53,334 bases of DNA from IMG/VR virus record IMGVR_UViG_3300010399_000010, positions 1 through 53,334 of that record; one strand, written 5' to 3'. Under the pieces are notes generated by a model, which was given only the letters and a program-made list of their open reading frames with translations, did no database searches and was not told where the DNA came from. This DNA is from a virus. Lineage: Duplodnaviria > Caudoviricetes. The translations under genes were made by a program, and so were the position numbers. Of the stretch, positions 28,039 through 37,350 are shown piece after piece (position 1 is the stretch's first letter; every line of letters starts with the position of its first letter).

Positions 28039-28925
28039 TATTCATCCTCCCACGTCTCATCATCTCCGTCATCCTCCCGCGAGTCGTCATAGCTCGGCGG
28101 CGGGGGTGGCGCCGTCTCCACCGCCACGAGCAGCGCGCCGTAGCGATCGAGGTAGGCGTGGAGGTCCTTCAAATGCTCCCAACCGAACCAGTAATCATGC
28201 GGGCCTGCCACGTCGCGCGTATCGCGCACGGCCAGGCCGCTCCGGTGGAGCGAGGCCGCGTAGGTGCCCCAGTCCGCCACGAACTCTGGCGCCCAGAACC
28301 CACGGAACCGCGCGGCGTCCAGCAACCTAACCGCGGTATCCCGATCGAGCGTCGGGGTCGCGAGTATATCGCCTACGACCCATTCGTACTGGAATGGCGT
28401 GTAGTCGCTCCGATAACCCTGGCTCGGCGGCGCCACGCAGTAGCAGCCTTCGCCCTGCGTCTCACTCAGCACCAGCAGGTTGCTGCCCGTGCCCTGGCTG
28501 CTCAGAATCTCGTGCCCTGGCGGATTGGGCATCCGCAGATAAACGTGATGCCCCTTGCCGGTCTTCGCGATCGGCAAGTTCGCGGCGGCCCGCGCGAGCG
28601 CGCTGTCCAGGTGCTCAAGATCGCGGAGCCAGGCCGGCAGACAGGCCTGACATTCAAAGTCGATCATGACGAGGCCGCCGCTGACCTGACCGCCGACGAT
28701 GCCGATCCCGGCGTCACTGTCAGCGAACCAGGCGACCAGTTCCCGATCGGTCGGGAAGCGGCGGGTGTAGACGCGCCAGGGAGAGCGCTCGTCACTCGCT
28801 ATCCAAGGAAGTTGCGCCATTGGATCAAGCCGGGGATTGTACGGCAGTTTCCCGCCGCGCTCGATCGGGATGACCGAGAGGCCCGCCCGAACGTAGGCCC
28901 GCGCGATGTCAAGTAGCTCACTCAT
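28038..28925 (-). CDS. Bifunctional primase-polymerase (Prim-Pol) domain protein
   Basis: SVIPI..GGKLP, GIGIVGG.VSGGLVMIDFE, KTGKGHHVY, YCVAPPS motifs. Confidence 0.88.
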   Translation of the reverse strand: MSELLDIARAYVRAGLSVIPIERGGKLPYNPRLDPMAQLPWIASDERSPWRVYTRRFPTDRELVAWFADSDAGIGIVGGQVSGGLVMIDFECQACLPAWLRDLEHLDSALARAAANLPIAKTGKGHHVYLRMPNPPGHEILSSQGTGSNLLVLSETQGEGCYCVAPPSQGYRSDYTPFQYEWVVGDILATPTLDRDTAVRLLDAARFRGFWAPEFVADWGTYAASLHRSGLAVRDTRDVAGPHDYWFGWEHLKDLHAYLDRYGALLVAVETAPPPPPSYDDSREDDGDDETWEDE

Positions 28926-29136
28926 GGTTCGTTTCCTCCTGTAGCTGTTCAATCGTCGGGCGTGTCGCCCAACGCATCCGATCGTAATCCCGCGCTGCGA
29001 TCATCCGTGCGGCGCCTTCGGCCCAATGCGCGCTCGACCCCGGCACGATCAGATCGAGCGTGATAACATCCGGCTCGCCGTCATGCGGCGCGTAGGAGGC
29101 CAAGAGTGTCCCACGCACGCGGTAGAAGGTCGTCAC
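28918..29136 (-). CDS. Hypothetical protein
   Basis: Overlap-coupled within the operon. Confidence 0.55.
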   Translation of the reverse strand: MTTFYRVRGTLLASYAPHDGEPDVITLDLIVPGSSAHWAEGAARMIAARDYDRMRWATRPTIEQLQEETNHE

Positions 29137-29594
29137 GTGCCCCTCGTTTTCACGGCGTCGTCGTAGGCAGCCAGCGCTTCCTCAAGCGGCTTACGATGTT
29201 CAAAGAGCGGCGCGCCGAGTGCTGCCCGCGCCGCCTGGACCACCACCCGCGCGGCCGCTCGTTCGGTCAGGAGCGTCTCCCGTTCGTGTGTCAGATCAAC
29301 CGCATGCATCCAAAGCGATTGGGCACGTTCGCGCAACCCCGCAACGTAGTCGTCCAGCTCACCGCCCGCCAGTGGCCGCCTGTCGTCCTTTTCGTCGAGC
29401 GCGCGCTGGAGAGTGCGAGTGTCCTCTTGCGCCATCCGTAGCCCAACCATCGTATTGATTGCCCGGTCCCGATAGATGTGGGCCGCCGCCCTCCATACCC
29501 GCGCCCAACTCCCTCCCACCTGATCGGGTGGAAGGCCACGCAACCGCACCAACACCCAGGCTCTAAAGCGACCGGGATGGGTTAACGCCCTCAT
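29133..29594 (-). CDS. Hypothetical coiled-coil protein
   Basis: ATGA coupling; C-terminus similar to the adjacent gene. Confidence 0.6.
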   Translation of the reverse strand: MRALTHPGRFRAWVLVRLRGLPPDQVGGSWARVWRAAAHIYRDRAINTMVGLRMAQEDTRTLQRALDEKDDRRPLAGGELDDYVAGLRERAQSLWMHAVDLTHERETLLTERAAARVVVQAARAALGAPLFEHRKPLEEALAAYDDAVKTRGT

Positions 29595-29998
29595 GCCTCC
29601 CTCGCTTTCACGGCGGCGTCGTAGTCATCCATTGCCTGATCGATGTTTCCCCGATCCCGCGAGCGCACTGCGACAACCACCGCCCGCGCGGCCTCCAGTT
29701 CAGCCAGCACGAGCCGCCCGCTGTCCGTCGCGAGCGCAACATCGATGTTGCGCAGAAGCTGGACGATCCAGCCGCCCGCCACGACCGCCTCACGCACCTT
29801 CTGAAGCGCCCCCCGGATCGCCAGCCGCTCGGCGTCCACCTCGGTCAGGCGCGCGGCGAGCAGCGCCAGGCCGTCCTGTTGCGCCTGGGCCTCTAGAAGC
29901 AGCTCCAGCACCTTCTCCGGCGCGATCTCCATGATGCGCCCGCCCGCCCGCGCGCTCTCCGCTTCCTCGTGGATCGCCCGTCGCGTTTCGTCGTTCAT
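29591..29998 (-). CDS. Hypothetical coiled-coil protein
   Basis: AGGAGG upstream; coupled to the next gene. Confidence 0.6.
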   Translation of the reverse strand: MNDETRRAIHEEAESARAGGRIMEIAPEKVLELLLEAQAQQDGLALLAARLTEVDAERLAIRGALQKVREAVVAGGWIVQLLRNIDVALATDSGRLVLAELEAARAVVVAVRSRDRGNIDQAMDDYDAAVKAREA

Positions 29999-30000
29999 CC

Positions 30001-30294
30001 TTACTGTCCTCCTTGCTTCCACCGCCGCTGAACCCGCTCCAAAAGCGACGGAAACGCATACGGCCAGAGTGGGCCGCCCGCTACTGCCATCGCGAGAATG
30101 ACCGCCCGGTTGATCGGGTCGGTCCCGGCAGTCAGTCCGCACGTGAAGCCGCCATTGCGAAAGACGAGCTGTTGCTCATCCTCCTGAACTTCCAGCCCCC
30201 ACCGGCGCGCCCGCCGGGCGATCTCCGGCAGTGACACAAAGACGGTATCAGCGAGGCGCTCGGTCAACGTCTCCACGAATACGTTGGCGCTCAC
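30001..30294 (-). CDS. Hypothetical protein
   Basis: GTGA coupling with a GGAGG RBS. Confidence 0.6.
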   Translation of the reverse strand: MSANVFVETLTERLADTVFVSLPEIARRARRWGLEVQEDEQQLVFRNGGFTCGLTAGTDPINRAVILAMAVAGGPLWPYAFPSLLERVQRRWKQGGQ

Positions 30295-31706
30295 GCTGCC
30301 GCCTCCTTGATCTGTCGCTCCACCGCACTCAACCGATCCGCCAGCCGCGTATAGGTCGTGTCATCCAGGCCCGGCGCCAGGTCGTCGAGCAGTCGCCGCG
30401 CCGCCTGGATGTTCGCCGCACTCGCTGCCGCGCCAGCCGCCTCCAGCGCCGCGATCTGATCGAGGAGGTCAGGCGCGACAGATGGCGTGCGCGTGGGCGG
30501 GGACTCTACCGCGCCCGCGACCGCTTCGCGCAAGCCGAGCCAATCGAACGGGCCAGCGATCAGCTGCATGCCGATCGCGAGCCAGCAGTCGAGCGCGCGG
30601 GCCTGGTCGCGCAGTGGCGTGAGCGCGCTGAGGCTCTCGGCCAGTTGGCCAACCCTCAGCCAGTCGATCGCGCCCGCCGCCCGTGCTCTCGTCTCCCACA
30701 GCTCACACAGCCGCTCCAGCTCGTCCGCATCGCACCACGAAACACCATGCCCAGTCGGCGGCACGATGGGCAGCCGGCCGTCTGATCGCTGCTTCATATA
30801 GTTGATCGTCGCGCCGAGCCCTTCCGCGCGCTCACACACCGCCCGGAGCCGCGCCATGTCGGGATAGCTCGCGCGGGCTTCGTCTTCCTGCTGCTCCTGA
30901 AGCGCCTGGTCCCGATGCGCCAGGCAGCGCTGCTCTGCCCAGCCGGCGATGTTCTCCTTGCCGATCGATTCCTGATCGCACCCTTCGACCGCGCACATGC
31001 GCGGGGCGGTCGCTGCGCAAATGAGGCAGCGCCGGGCGGCCGTTGGCGGGGCCGGCTTGCCTTGGGTGGTCTTCTCGCACCGCGACTCCCAGTAGCCGCC
31101 GCTCTCCGCGCGTCGCCACTGATGCGACTCCAGCGCGTCGGGGTGGGTTTGACCCCAGGTCCAGGCGCCAGCAGTCGCGTCCATTTCCGCCACAGTGGCG
31201 GATTCCAGCCAGAAGGGCGGCGGCAACCCCGCCATAGGGTGTGGGTGCGGCACGCCGTTGATTGTCAGCGCGGGGGCGGGACTGTCCATTTCCGCCACTG
31301 TGGCGGATTTGCCAGTCCCCTTCGCCCGACTCACATCCGCCTTTGTGGGCGGCGTCTCCTGCTCCAAAAGCCGCTGCCGAACCTCTGGCGCGATACTCGG
31401 CTGGGCCAGTTCCCCGGCGACCGTCGCACCGATCCAGTCCGACCTGATCGCCTCAGCGAACTGCGGATCGGCCTCTGCGCGTGCGTGAATGTCGAGTAGG
31501 CGTTTCGCGGTCGACTCGCTCGTCCGGGTCGCCACAAGGAAGATCCCCCACTCGCCATGCTGCGCTTCCGCCCGCGCTTTCGCGAGCCAGGAGGCCGCCT
31601 CCAGAAGCGCGTCGCCGCTGCGCTTCTGCGCGGCAAGGTAGGACCGCGCGATGTCTTGGAGCGACCGGGAGAGGGTCGCGGGGGCTTCCAGAATGATAGC
31701 TGTCAT
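30291..31706 (-). CDS. DUF3102-like DNA-binding protein with Cys/His clusters
   Basis: LLEAASWLAKARAEAQHGEWGIFL...SESTAKRLL; two SATVAEMD repeats; C/H clusters. Confidence 0.72.
   Translation of the reverse strand: MTAIILEAPATLSRSLQDIARSYLAAQKRSGDALLEAASWLAKARAEAQHGEWGIFLVATRTSESTAKRLLDIHARAEADPQFAEAIRSDWIGATVAGELAQPSIAPEVRQRLLEQETPPTKADVSRAKGTGKSATVAEMDSPAPALTINGVPHPHPMAGLPPPFWLESATVAEMDATAGAWTWGQTHPDALESHQWRRAESGGYWESRCEKTTQGKPAPPTAARRCLICAATAPRMCAVEGCDQESIGKENIAGWAEQRCLAHRDQALQEQQEDEARASYPDMARLRAVCERAEGLGATINYMKQRSDGRLPIVPPTGHGVSWCDADELERLCELWETRARAAGAIDWLRVGQLAESLSALTPLRDQARALDCWLAIGMQLIAGPFDWLGLREAVAGAVESPPTRTPSVAPDLLDQIAALEAAGAAASAANIQAARRLLDDLAPGLDDTTYTRLADRLSAVERQIKEAAA
31186..31307. 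repeat. Two copies of the 17-bp palindrome (31186-31202, 31291-31307) inside a CDS
   Basis: TCCGCCACWGTGGCGGA, 105 bp apart. Confidence 0.9.
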
Positions 31707-32905
31707 TGATCGTTCTCCAGTGCGAAATGTGATAAAAGTGGCTGGATTGTGCCGTCGTGGTAGGTTTGTGGGATCAACTCGGTCGCGTCTGGATCGGCAT
31801 CGCTCCAGCGTTGCGGGTAGGTGCGGAGCGCGATCAACTCCCGGATGCGTGCCTCTTCTTCAGCGTTGATCAGATCGATCGGTGGTTGCTCACATGCAGC
31901 CGCGCCGTTCACCTCGGCTTGGATTGCCAGGACCTGGCCCAAAGCCCACTCGCGCGCCGCCAGGGTGAGCGGACCTTTCCGCGATGGATTCGCGCTGTGC
32001 TGGCCGTCCTTGTTTCGCTCGCCGTTCTTTTGCTTGCGATGCTTAAACAGCCGCAACTCCTCGTAGAGTGGACGCAGGCGCTTGAGTGGCGCGAGATACG
32101 ACCAGTGCGGCAGCGAGATCACATGATCAAGTGCCGTGTCCCTGGTCGCGAGCGGACAGCCGATACAGCCGGTGCGGGCGTTCATCTCCAGTGCCTCATC
32201 GCCACCGTACACGTCCGCAACCATCGCCGTAGGCAATCCCCACTGCGGCGCGTAGAACGTCAGCAGATCCCATACGTGACAGACCCGCCAGTGCAGCAGC
32301 GGCGCGAGCGTGTCAGCCACCGCCGCCGGGGTCGCCTCTTGGAACCAACCTTGCCCACACTCCGCGCCATTCTTGCCGCACGAGAGCGCGATCCGCGCAT
32401 CCCTGACCGCGCTTTCCCCCAGGCGCACGCCCGTAAGCATGAGGATTTTTTCGCCCGCCCGCTCGCGCAGTGCCTTGAGCGCGGCAACCATCGGCTCAAC
32501 CTTGAGTTGCGGCGTACACCAGCGCAACGTATTGTTGTTCGGCGGCGGCACCCCGCGACCGAGCATATAGACAAAGTAGCGATCGTCAAGCGCTGGGAGG
32601 ACCACTTGTGTGCGGATGCCGCGCTGAGAGAGTGTACCGAGCATCTGCATGGCACCGAAATGGAGCGGCGGGATCTCCTGGCGGGTATCGGCGTAGAGGG
32701 CTGTGAGCGTCTCCGGTCGCGGGATTTGCCCGCTCTCGATCAGACGCACAACGATAGCGACCTCTGCTGTGCTGTCCTTGCCGCCGCTATAGGCCATGGC
32801 CCAGTGGCGATACTCCGAACCGTAGGACAGGAGACTCTGGCGCGTGAGATCGATCGAGTCCTCAAGCGTCATCCGCTGGTCGTCGAAGAAACCGATCGTC
32901 TTCAT
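31703..32905 (-). CDS. PAPS-reductase-family (DndC-like) protein
   Basis: PP-loop SGGKDS, RWCT..LK, GVRLGES..R, RTGCIGC. Confidence 0.88.
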   Translation of the reverse strand: MKTIGFFDDQRMTLEDSIDLTRQSLLSYGSEYRHWAMAYSGGKDSTAEVAIVVRLIESGQIPRPETLTALYADTRQEIPPLHFGAMQMLGTLSQRGIRTQVVLPALDDRYFVYMLGRGVPPPNNNTLRWCTPQLKVEPMVAALKALRERAGEKILMLTGVRLGESAVRDARIALSCGKNGAECGQGWFQEATPAAVADTLAPLLHWRVCHVWDLLTFYAPQWGLPTAMVADVYGGDEALEMNARTGCIGCPLATRDTALDHVISLPHWSYLAPLKRLRPLYEELRLFKHRKQKNGERNKDGQHSANPSRKGPLTLAAREWALGQVLAIQAEVNGAAACEQPPIDLINAEEEARIRELIALRTYPQRWSDADPDATELIPQTYHDGTIQPLLSHFALENDQ

Positions 32906-33606
32906 ACAAATCGCTCCTGTACTTCTTGATCGGCCCGCCTGGCGCGGTAGCGGCGCGACCGCCACGCCTGGCTGGCGAGCTTGCGGATCATGTCGTCTTC
33001 GTAGTTTGAAAGCGGCGCGACCGCCGGCGAGCACCATGTCTGAATGCCGCCCGCGTTCGTGCGTGCGAGTTCCCACCCCGCCGCGCGGTAGATCGTCCCC
33101 TTGTGCAGCCGCGTGTCGCAGTAGGAGAGCAGCACCTTGATTTGATATGGCTCATCGGGATAGACCGGCGGGCGCGCTCGCAAGTAGTCGTAATTCACCC
33201 GCTCCAGCAGCAGCCGGATCGCGTCCGAGGCCAGGGTCGATCGCGCGACGTTCCGCCGATCGACGAACAGCGGCACGTAGCCCGTCGCAAAAAGATCGCC
33301 GCCGCGTTGCACGCGCGGGGAGAGCCACACCCGCGCGAGATTGAGCACCTCCCAGCGGTCGTACTCAGCACGGCCAGAGCGCACGTCTCTCAGCGACCCG
33401 TAGGTCAGCCGCCCGTCGTAGCACCTGGTTGCTTCGGGCCGGCCGACGATCAGGCACCCGACCGGGAAGTCGATCCCGTCCAACTCCACGAGGTAGGCCA
33501 GCGGGCTACAGCGCGAGTCGACCGGCGCGCGGAGGTAGTGGTGCTGCGCGACCTGGCGCTGCGCCCAGGCAAAGCCCTGCCTATCGGCGATGCGGAGATG
33601 GATCAT
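32902..33606 (-). CDS. Mom-like GNAT DNA-modification protein
   Basis: HHYL, GCLIVGRP, EVLNLARVW, LSYCD..HKGTIYRAAGW. Confidence 0.75.
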   Translation of the reverse strand: MIHLRIADRQGFAWAQRQVAQHHYLRAPVDSRCSPLAYLVELDGIDFPVGCLIVGRPEATRCYDGRLTYGSLRDVRSGRAEYDRWEVLNLARVWLSPRVQRGGDLFATGYVPLFVDRRNVARSTLASDAIRLLLERVNYDYLRARPPVYPDEPYQIKVLLSYCDTRLHKGTIYRAAGWELARTNAGGIQTWCSPAVAPLSNYEDDMIRKLASQAWRSRRYRARRADQEVQERFV

Positions 33607-34715
33607 AGGAGAGCCTCCATGTCGATCTGCACGCCGTTCGTGCGTGTCTCCGCGAGTGCGAGGTACGCGCCGTTCGCCTCGATCCCCAGAAAATCACGCC
33701 CGTAGCGCTCGGCGACTTTCCCAACAGTCGCAGTGCCGCTGAATGGATCGAGGATCGTGTCACCGGGTCGCGTGGAAGCCAGCACGCACGGCTCGACGAG
33801 CGCCTCTGGGAAGGTGGCGAAGTGCGCGCCGGCGTAGGGCGCGGATGGGATGCGCCAGACGGAGCGGCGGTTGCGCGTGCCGCTCCCGATGAACTCACGA
33901 TAGTAGCCGCTGAGCGCGGTCTTGGCCTCGGCGGCCAGTTTGAGCACCTCGGCGGTGTTACCGCCATGTTGGGTCGCGCGCGCCTTGTCAGTATCCGTGA
34001 TACCGGCGGACCGAATGGCAGCCATGTGTGCATCGGTGAGACCAGCCTGATCGGCCAGTTCCTCAGCGCGGCGGCGTTGCGGGCGATCGGCTTGCGCGGA
34101 TGGCTCCCCGATCGCAGCCGCATCGTAGTAGTAGCGCTCGCCAAGAGCGAGCAAAAACAAATACTCGTGTGATCGGGTTGGGCGGTCGTCGACTCGCTCC
34201 GGCATGCAGCTTGGCTTCTCCCAAATACAATCGCAGCGCAAGTACCATCCATCGGCCTGAAGCGCGAGCGCGGCCCGCCAGGGCACCCCATACAAATCCT
34301 TGTCTTTCAGCCCGGCACTGGCGCGCGGTCGTCGGGGGTAGCGCCCCGCTTCGCTCGTGTGATTTTTGTTGCCCGATCGAGCGCCCCACTTGCTCGGCTG
34401 CGCATACGAGTCGCCCAGGTTGAGCCAGAGGACCCCATCAGGTCGTAGCACGGCGCGCACGAGCCGAAAGACATGCACGAGGTGCCCGATGTAGGACAGC
34501 GGATCATCCTCCAGGCCCAGGCAGCACTCGGAGGGCGGAACCGCGACGGGCGGCACACCCGCGAGCGGGGCATAGCTGATCGCTGGCCAGCGCGTGGGCG
34601 GAATGTGATAGTCGCGAAGGCCAAAGTAAGGAGGCGAGCTAATCACGCATTGAACGCTCGCGACGGGGAGCGTGGGCAGCACATCCGTGCAGTCGCCGTG
34701 AATCAGGGTGATCAT
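33603..34715 (-). CDS. Amino (N4C/N6A) DNA methyltransferase, beta class
   Basis: SPPY near the N-terminus; HFATFP and DPFSGTAT near the C-terminus. Confidence 0.93.
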   Translation of the reverse strand: MITLIHGDCTDVLPTLPVASVQCVISSPPYFGLRDYHIPPTRWPAISYAPLAGVPPVAVPPSECCLGLEDDPLSYIGHLVHVFRLVRAVLRPDGVLWLNLGDSYAQPSKWGARSGNKNHTSEAGRYPRRPRASAGLKDKDLYGVPWRAALALQADGWYLRCDCIWEKPSCMPERVDDRPTRSHEYLFLLALGERYYYDAAAIGEPSAQADRPQRRRAEELADQAGLTDAHMAAIRSAGITDTDKARATQHGGNTAEVLKLAAEAKTALSGYYREFIGSGTRNRRSVWRIPSAPYAGAHFATFPEALVEPCVLASTRPGDTILDPFSGTATVGKVAERYGRDFLGIEANGAYLALAETRTNGVQIDMEALL

Positions 34716-34894
34716 CGCGGCACCTCGCCAGGCGCGTAGGCGTGCGACTCCGTTTCGGAGTGCTTGACCAGCACGCTCCATCTGAGTGCCGCGCTCACCC
34801 GCTCGACAATCCCCCAGCGCTCGGACTGCGGATGGTAGACAAGTTCGCTGCCCTGGAGGAGGCGCGGCTGGTCGCGGTTGATGTAGCCGATCAT
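34712..34894 (-). CDS. Hypothetical protein
   Basis: ATGA coupling at both ends. Confidence 0.55.
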   Translation of the reverse strand: MIGYINRDQPRLLQGSELVYHPQSERWGIVERVSAALRWSVLVKHSETESHAYAPGEVPR

Positions 34895-35235
34895 AAGCTC
34901 ATCTCCTGTTGCCCCGCCGCGACCTTCTTCGCCCGCCGGGTCCGGGCCGCGTTCGCGATGTGGAGCGGCAGATCGCGCGCGAGATGACAGCGACTACAGA
35001 GCGCGAGCAAATTCTCGCGCCGCACGTCTAGCTTGTCGTGCGGGTCGCCGGGGGAGCCATCCGGCTTCGCGACGCCGATGTGATGCACGCTCATCGTGCG
35101 GCGGTGCGTGTCAAAGGGCTCATCCGGCGTGCGGCACTGCATGCCGCAGTCCTCGCAGATGTAGCGGGCTTCCGCCTTGATGCGGGCGGCGATCTCGCGC
35201 CAGTCAGGGGGGTATTTCGATGGGTCCATCGGCAT
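34891..35235 (-). CDS. HNH endonuclease
   Basis: CEDC...VHH...NLLALCSRCH. Confidence 0.88.
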   Translation of the reverse strand: MPMDPSKYPPDWREIAARIKAEARYICEDCGMQCRTPDEPFDTHRRTMSVHHIGVAKPDGSPGDPHDKLDVRRENLLALCSRCHLARDLPLHIANAARTRRAKKVAAGQQEMSL

Positions 35236-35241
35236 GATCGT

Positions 35242-35601
35242 CTAACTCCTATCGCCACAAGGGTCGCGAAGCGTGGTCAACTCCGCCTCCAGCCGCGCCG
35301 CCTTCACCGCCGGTGATTCGCCGTTCGCCCACTGGACCGTGATCCGCACGGGGCGCAATCCGCGATCAGGGCGCGGCAGCAGATCGAACTCAAGATAGTT
35401 TTTCGCATCGTGCGCATCTAGGAGGCTTGCGGCCTGATCGGCGAAAATCGCCACCGCCGGTGCGACGGCCAAGAGCGTGATTCCCTCCGGTGTGGCATGC
35501 GCCTCTTTCAGGCCAAACTGTCGTAGCTCGTCACTTACGGCAGCGCGGCCCGCGCGCCAGTCGAGCCACCACCCTGCGAGCTTGTCTATCAAATGCAGCA
35601 T
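35242..35601 (-). CDS. Hypothetical protein
   Basis: AAAGGA RBS; in operon. Confidence 0.6.
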   Translation of the reverse strand: MLHLIDKLAGWWLDWRAGRAAVSDELRQFGLKEAHATPEGITLLAVAPAVAIFADQAASLLDAHDAKNYLEFDLLPRPDRGLRPVRITVQWANGESPAVKAARLEAELTTLRDPCGDRS

Positions 35602-35616
35602 TGTCTTTTGTCCTTT

Positions 35617-35931
35617 TCATTGAGGTGTTCTTGTCCACTCAGTATGGCTGGCTCCAGCCTCTGGCGGGGCCGCACTTCGGGAATCTTCGGCTGCCTCGCT
35701 CTGCTGCTCGGCAGTCCAGGCTGACGCCCAGAATTTCGCCCACCAGAGCGCGGTCCCAAGAATCTCTTCCGCCTCTCCCTGCGTCATGTCGGGCCATTCC
35801 GCGATCAGGAACAGCAGCAGGCGCGCGGCGCGAGCGTCAACGTGGTCAGCGATGACTCGGAGCGGCTGGAGCGTGAGGCACTCCGGCTGCTCAATACTCT
35901 GGATCTGTTCGTAAAACTCGCGTGGTTTCAT
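35617..35931 (-). CDS. Hypothetical protein
   Basis: ATGA coupling to the C5 MTase gene. Confidence 0.6.
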   Translation of the reverse strand: MKPREFYEQIQSIEQPECLTLQPLRVIADHVDARAARLLLFLIAEWPDMTQGEAEEILGTALWWAKFWASAWTAEQQSEAAEDSRSAAPPEAGASHTEWTRTPQ

Positions 35932-37070
35932 GGGAGACTCTCCATAATCCTTTGGGCCAGCAGGCATGGGACACCATTCCCATTGATCTCGCTGGTCAGG
36001 CCCCGGTAGCTATCCGGGACGGTCTGGAATCGGGAGAGCGCCTGCACGGTCATCCTGACCCAGCGGCCCGCAATGGAGGCGCGTGGAGGCGCGCCTCCAT
36101 TCTGTCCAGCCCGTACACTCACCGCCGGCTCGTCTTCGTACCGAATCTGCACGCCCGATCCGGCGCTGGCCGACTGGTCACTGATCAGGAAGGCCCTGGT
36201 ACATCCTTTATTGCTGCTCGTCACGGTGAAGGATGGCGCGACGGGAACGCGCCATCCTTCACCGTTCCCGCCCGCGTTCTCGCCAGAAAGGATGTAGGCG
36301 CGCATCCCCGTCTGATTGCCGTTGCTCGTGATCGTGTAGGCTGGCTCGTGGCCGTCGCGGCCATGCTGCTGATACTCATTGCCCTTATGGTCCCGGCTAA
36401 TCCCCTGGTGGAATAGGAGACTCGCGCGGAGTTCGGCGGGCAACCGCGCGAGTTGCCAGGGCGCCGGCTCGGTCGCCGGGAGCGAGTCGACCAGATCGGC
36501 GATCGCCGACAACCACCCCGCCCACGGCGCCACGCCGAGGCCACCGCCCCGCCGATGCGTTTGCATCGGCCAGCGCGGCCTCACTCGCCAGTCGCGCTGG
36601 ACGGCCAGCAGAATGAGGCGCTTGCGCGTTTGGGGCACCCCATAGTCGGCGCTGTTGAGGTGCCGATACTCGTGCGCGAAGCCCGCCCGATCGAGCGCGG
36701 CCAGGATGCGCTGGAACGACTCGAAGGTGCGATAGCCCCAGACGTTTTCTAATGAAAAACTCCGCCCCTGATGTGCTTCTATCGCCCATCCGATCGCATC
36801 CGCGACAGAGCGATCCTCCAGCGTCTCCACGCCCTGACTGGCCTGGCTGGCGTTCTTGCACGACGGACTCGCGTGCAGGTGATCGACCGGGATAAGCGAG
36901 TCGAAGTCGATCGCGCAAATGTCAGCGGTCCTGACATCCAGTCCGTTCAGGCGCGCGACCGAGGCGATCCGATCCTCGATTTCGTAGCCGTCCACATGGC
37001 GCCAGCCGGCATGACACGCACCGAGGCCGAAGAGTTCACCGCCGGAGCAGAGTGTACGAAATGTCGGCAT
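35928..37070 (-). CDS. DNA cytosine-C5 methyltransferase
   Basis: LCSGG, SPSC, ENV, YGVPQTRKR, RFQ and GNGVP motifs. Confidence 0.92.
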   Translation of the reverse strand: MPTFRTLCSGGELFGLGACHAGWRHVDGYEIEDRIASVARLNGLDVRTADICAIDFDSLIPVDHLHASPSCKNASQASQGVETLEDRSVADAIGWAIEAHQGRSFSLENVWGYRTFESFQRILAALDRAGFAHEYRHLNSADYGVPQTRKRLILLAVQRDWRVRPRWPMQTHRRGGGLGVAPWAGWLSAIADLVDSLPATEPAPWQLARLPAELRASLLFHQGISRDHKGNEYQQHGRDGHEPAYTITSNGNQTGMRAYILSGENAGGNGEGWRVPVAPSFTVTSSNKGCTRAFLISDQSASAGSGVQIRYEDEPAVSVRAGQNGGAPPRASIAGRWVRMTVQALSRFQTVPDSYRGLTSEINGNGVPCLLAQRIMESLP

Positions 37071-37146
37071 GGTGTTTCCTATGGCAACAGGACCCGCCCC
37101 GCCCACGGCGCTTGAAGTGGGGTCAGGGTCTGCATCGCTTGCTGCA

Positions 37147-37350
37147 TTATCGTTCCCTCTGTCGATACAATCGCGCGCGCTCGCGTTCGCCTTGATAGGC
37201 CGCCTGGCGGTGCGTGCGCTCGGCCTCCACCGCGGTCAGCGCTTGCCGCAGATCGCTGGCGAGTTGCGCGAGCAGCCGATCGGGCAGATCGGGGAGCGCG
37301 GCGGTGAGGCGGTCACGCCAGGCGACGAGTGCGGTCAGGATGTGGTGCAT
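37147..37350 (-). CDS. Hypothetical protein
   Basis: AGGAGG RBS. Confidence 0.6.
   Translation of the reverse strand: MHHILTALVAWRDRLTAALPDLPDRLLAQLASDLRQALTAVEAERTHRQAAYQGERERARLYRQRER

Noticed and set aside
31703-32905. Complete dnd phosphorothioation system or sulfate-assimilation CysH
   Set aside because: No dndA/B/D/E or cys genes are present, and the context is phage DNA modification.
7469-33000. Long antisense ORFs (e.g. 7469-8554, 14317-15315, 18594-19526, 31757-32929)
   Set aside because: They are shadows of real genes in high-GC DNA, with no motifs or RBS.
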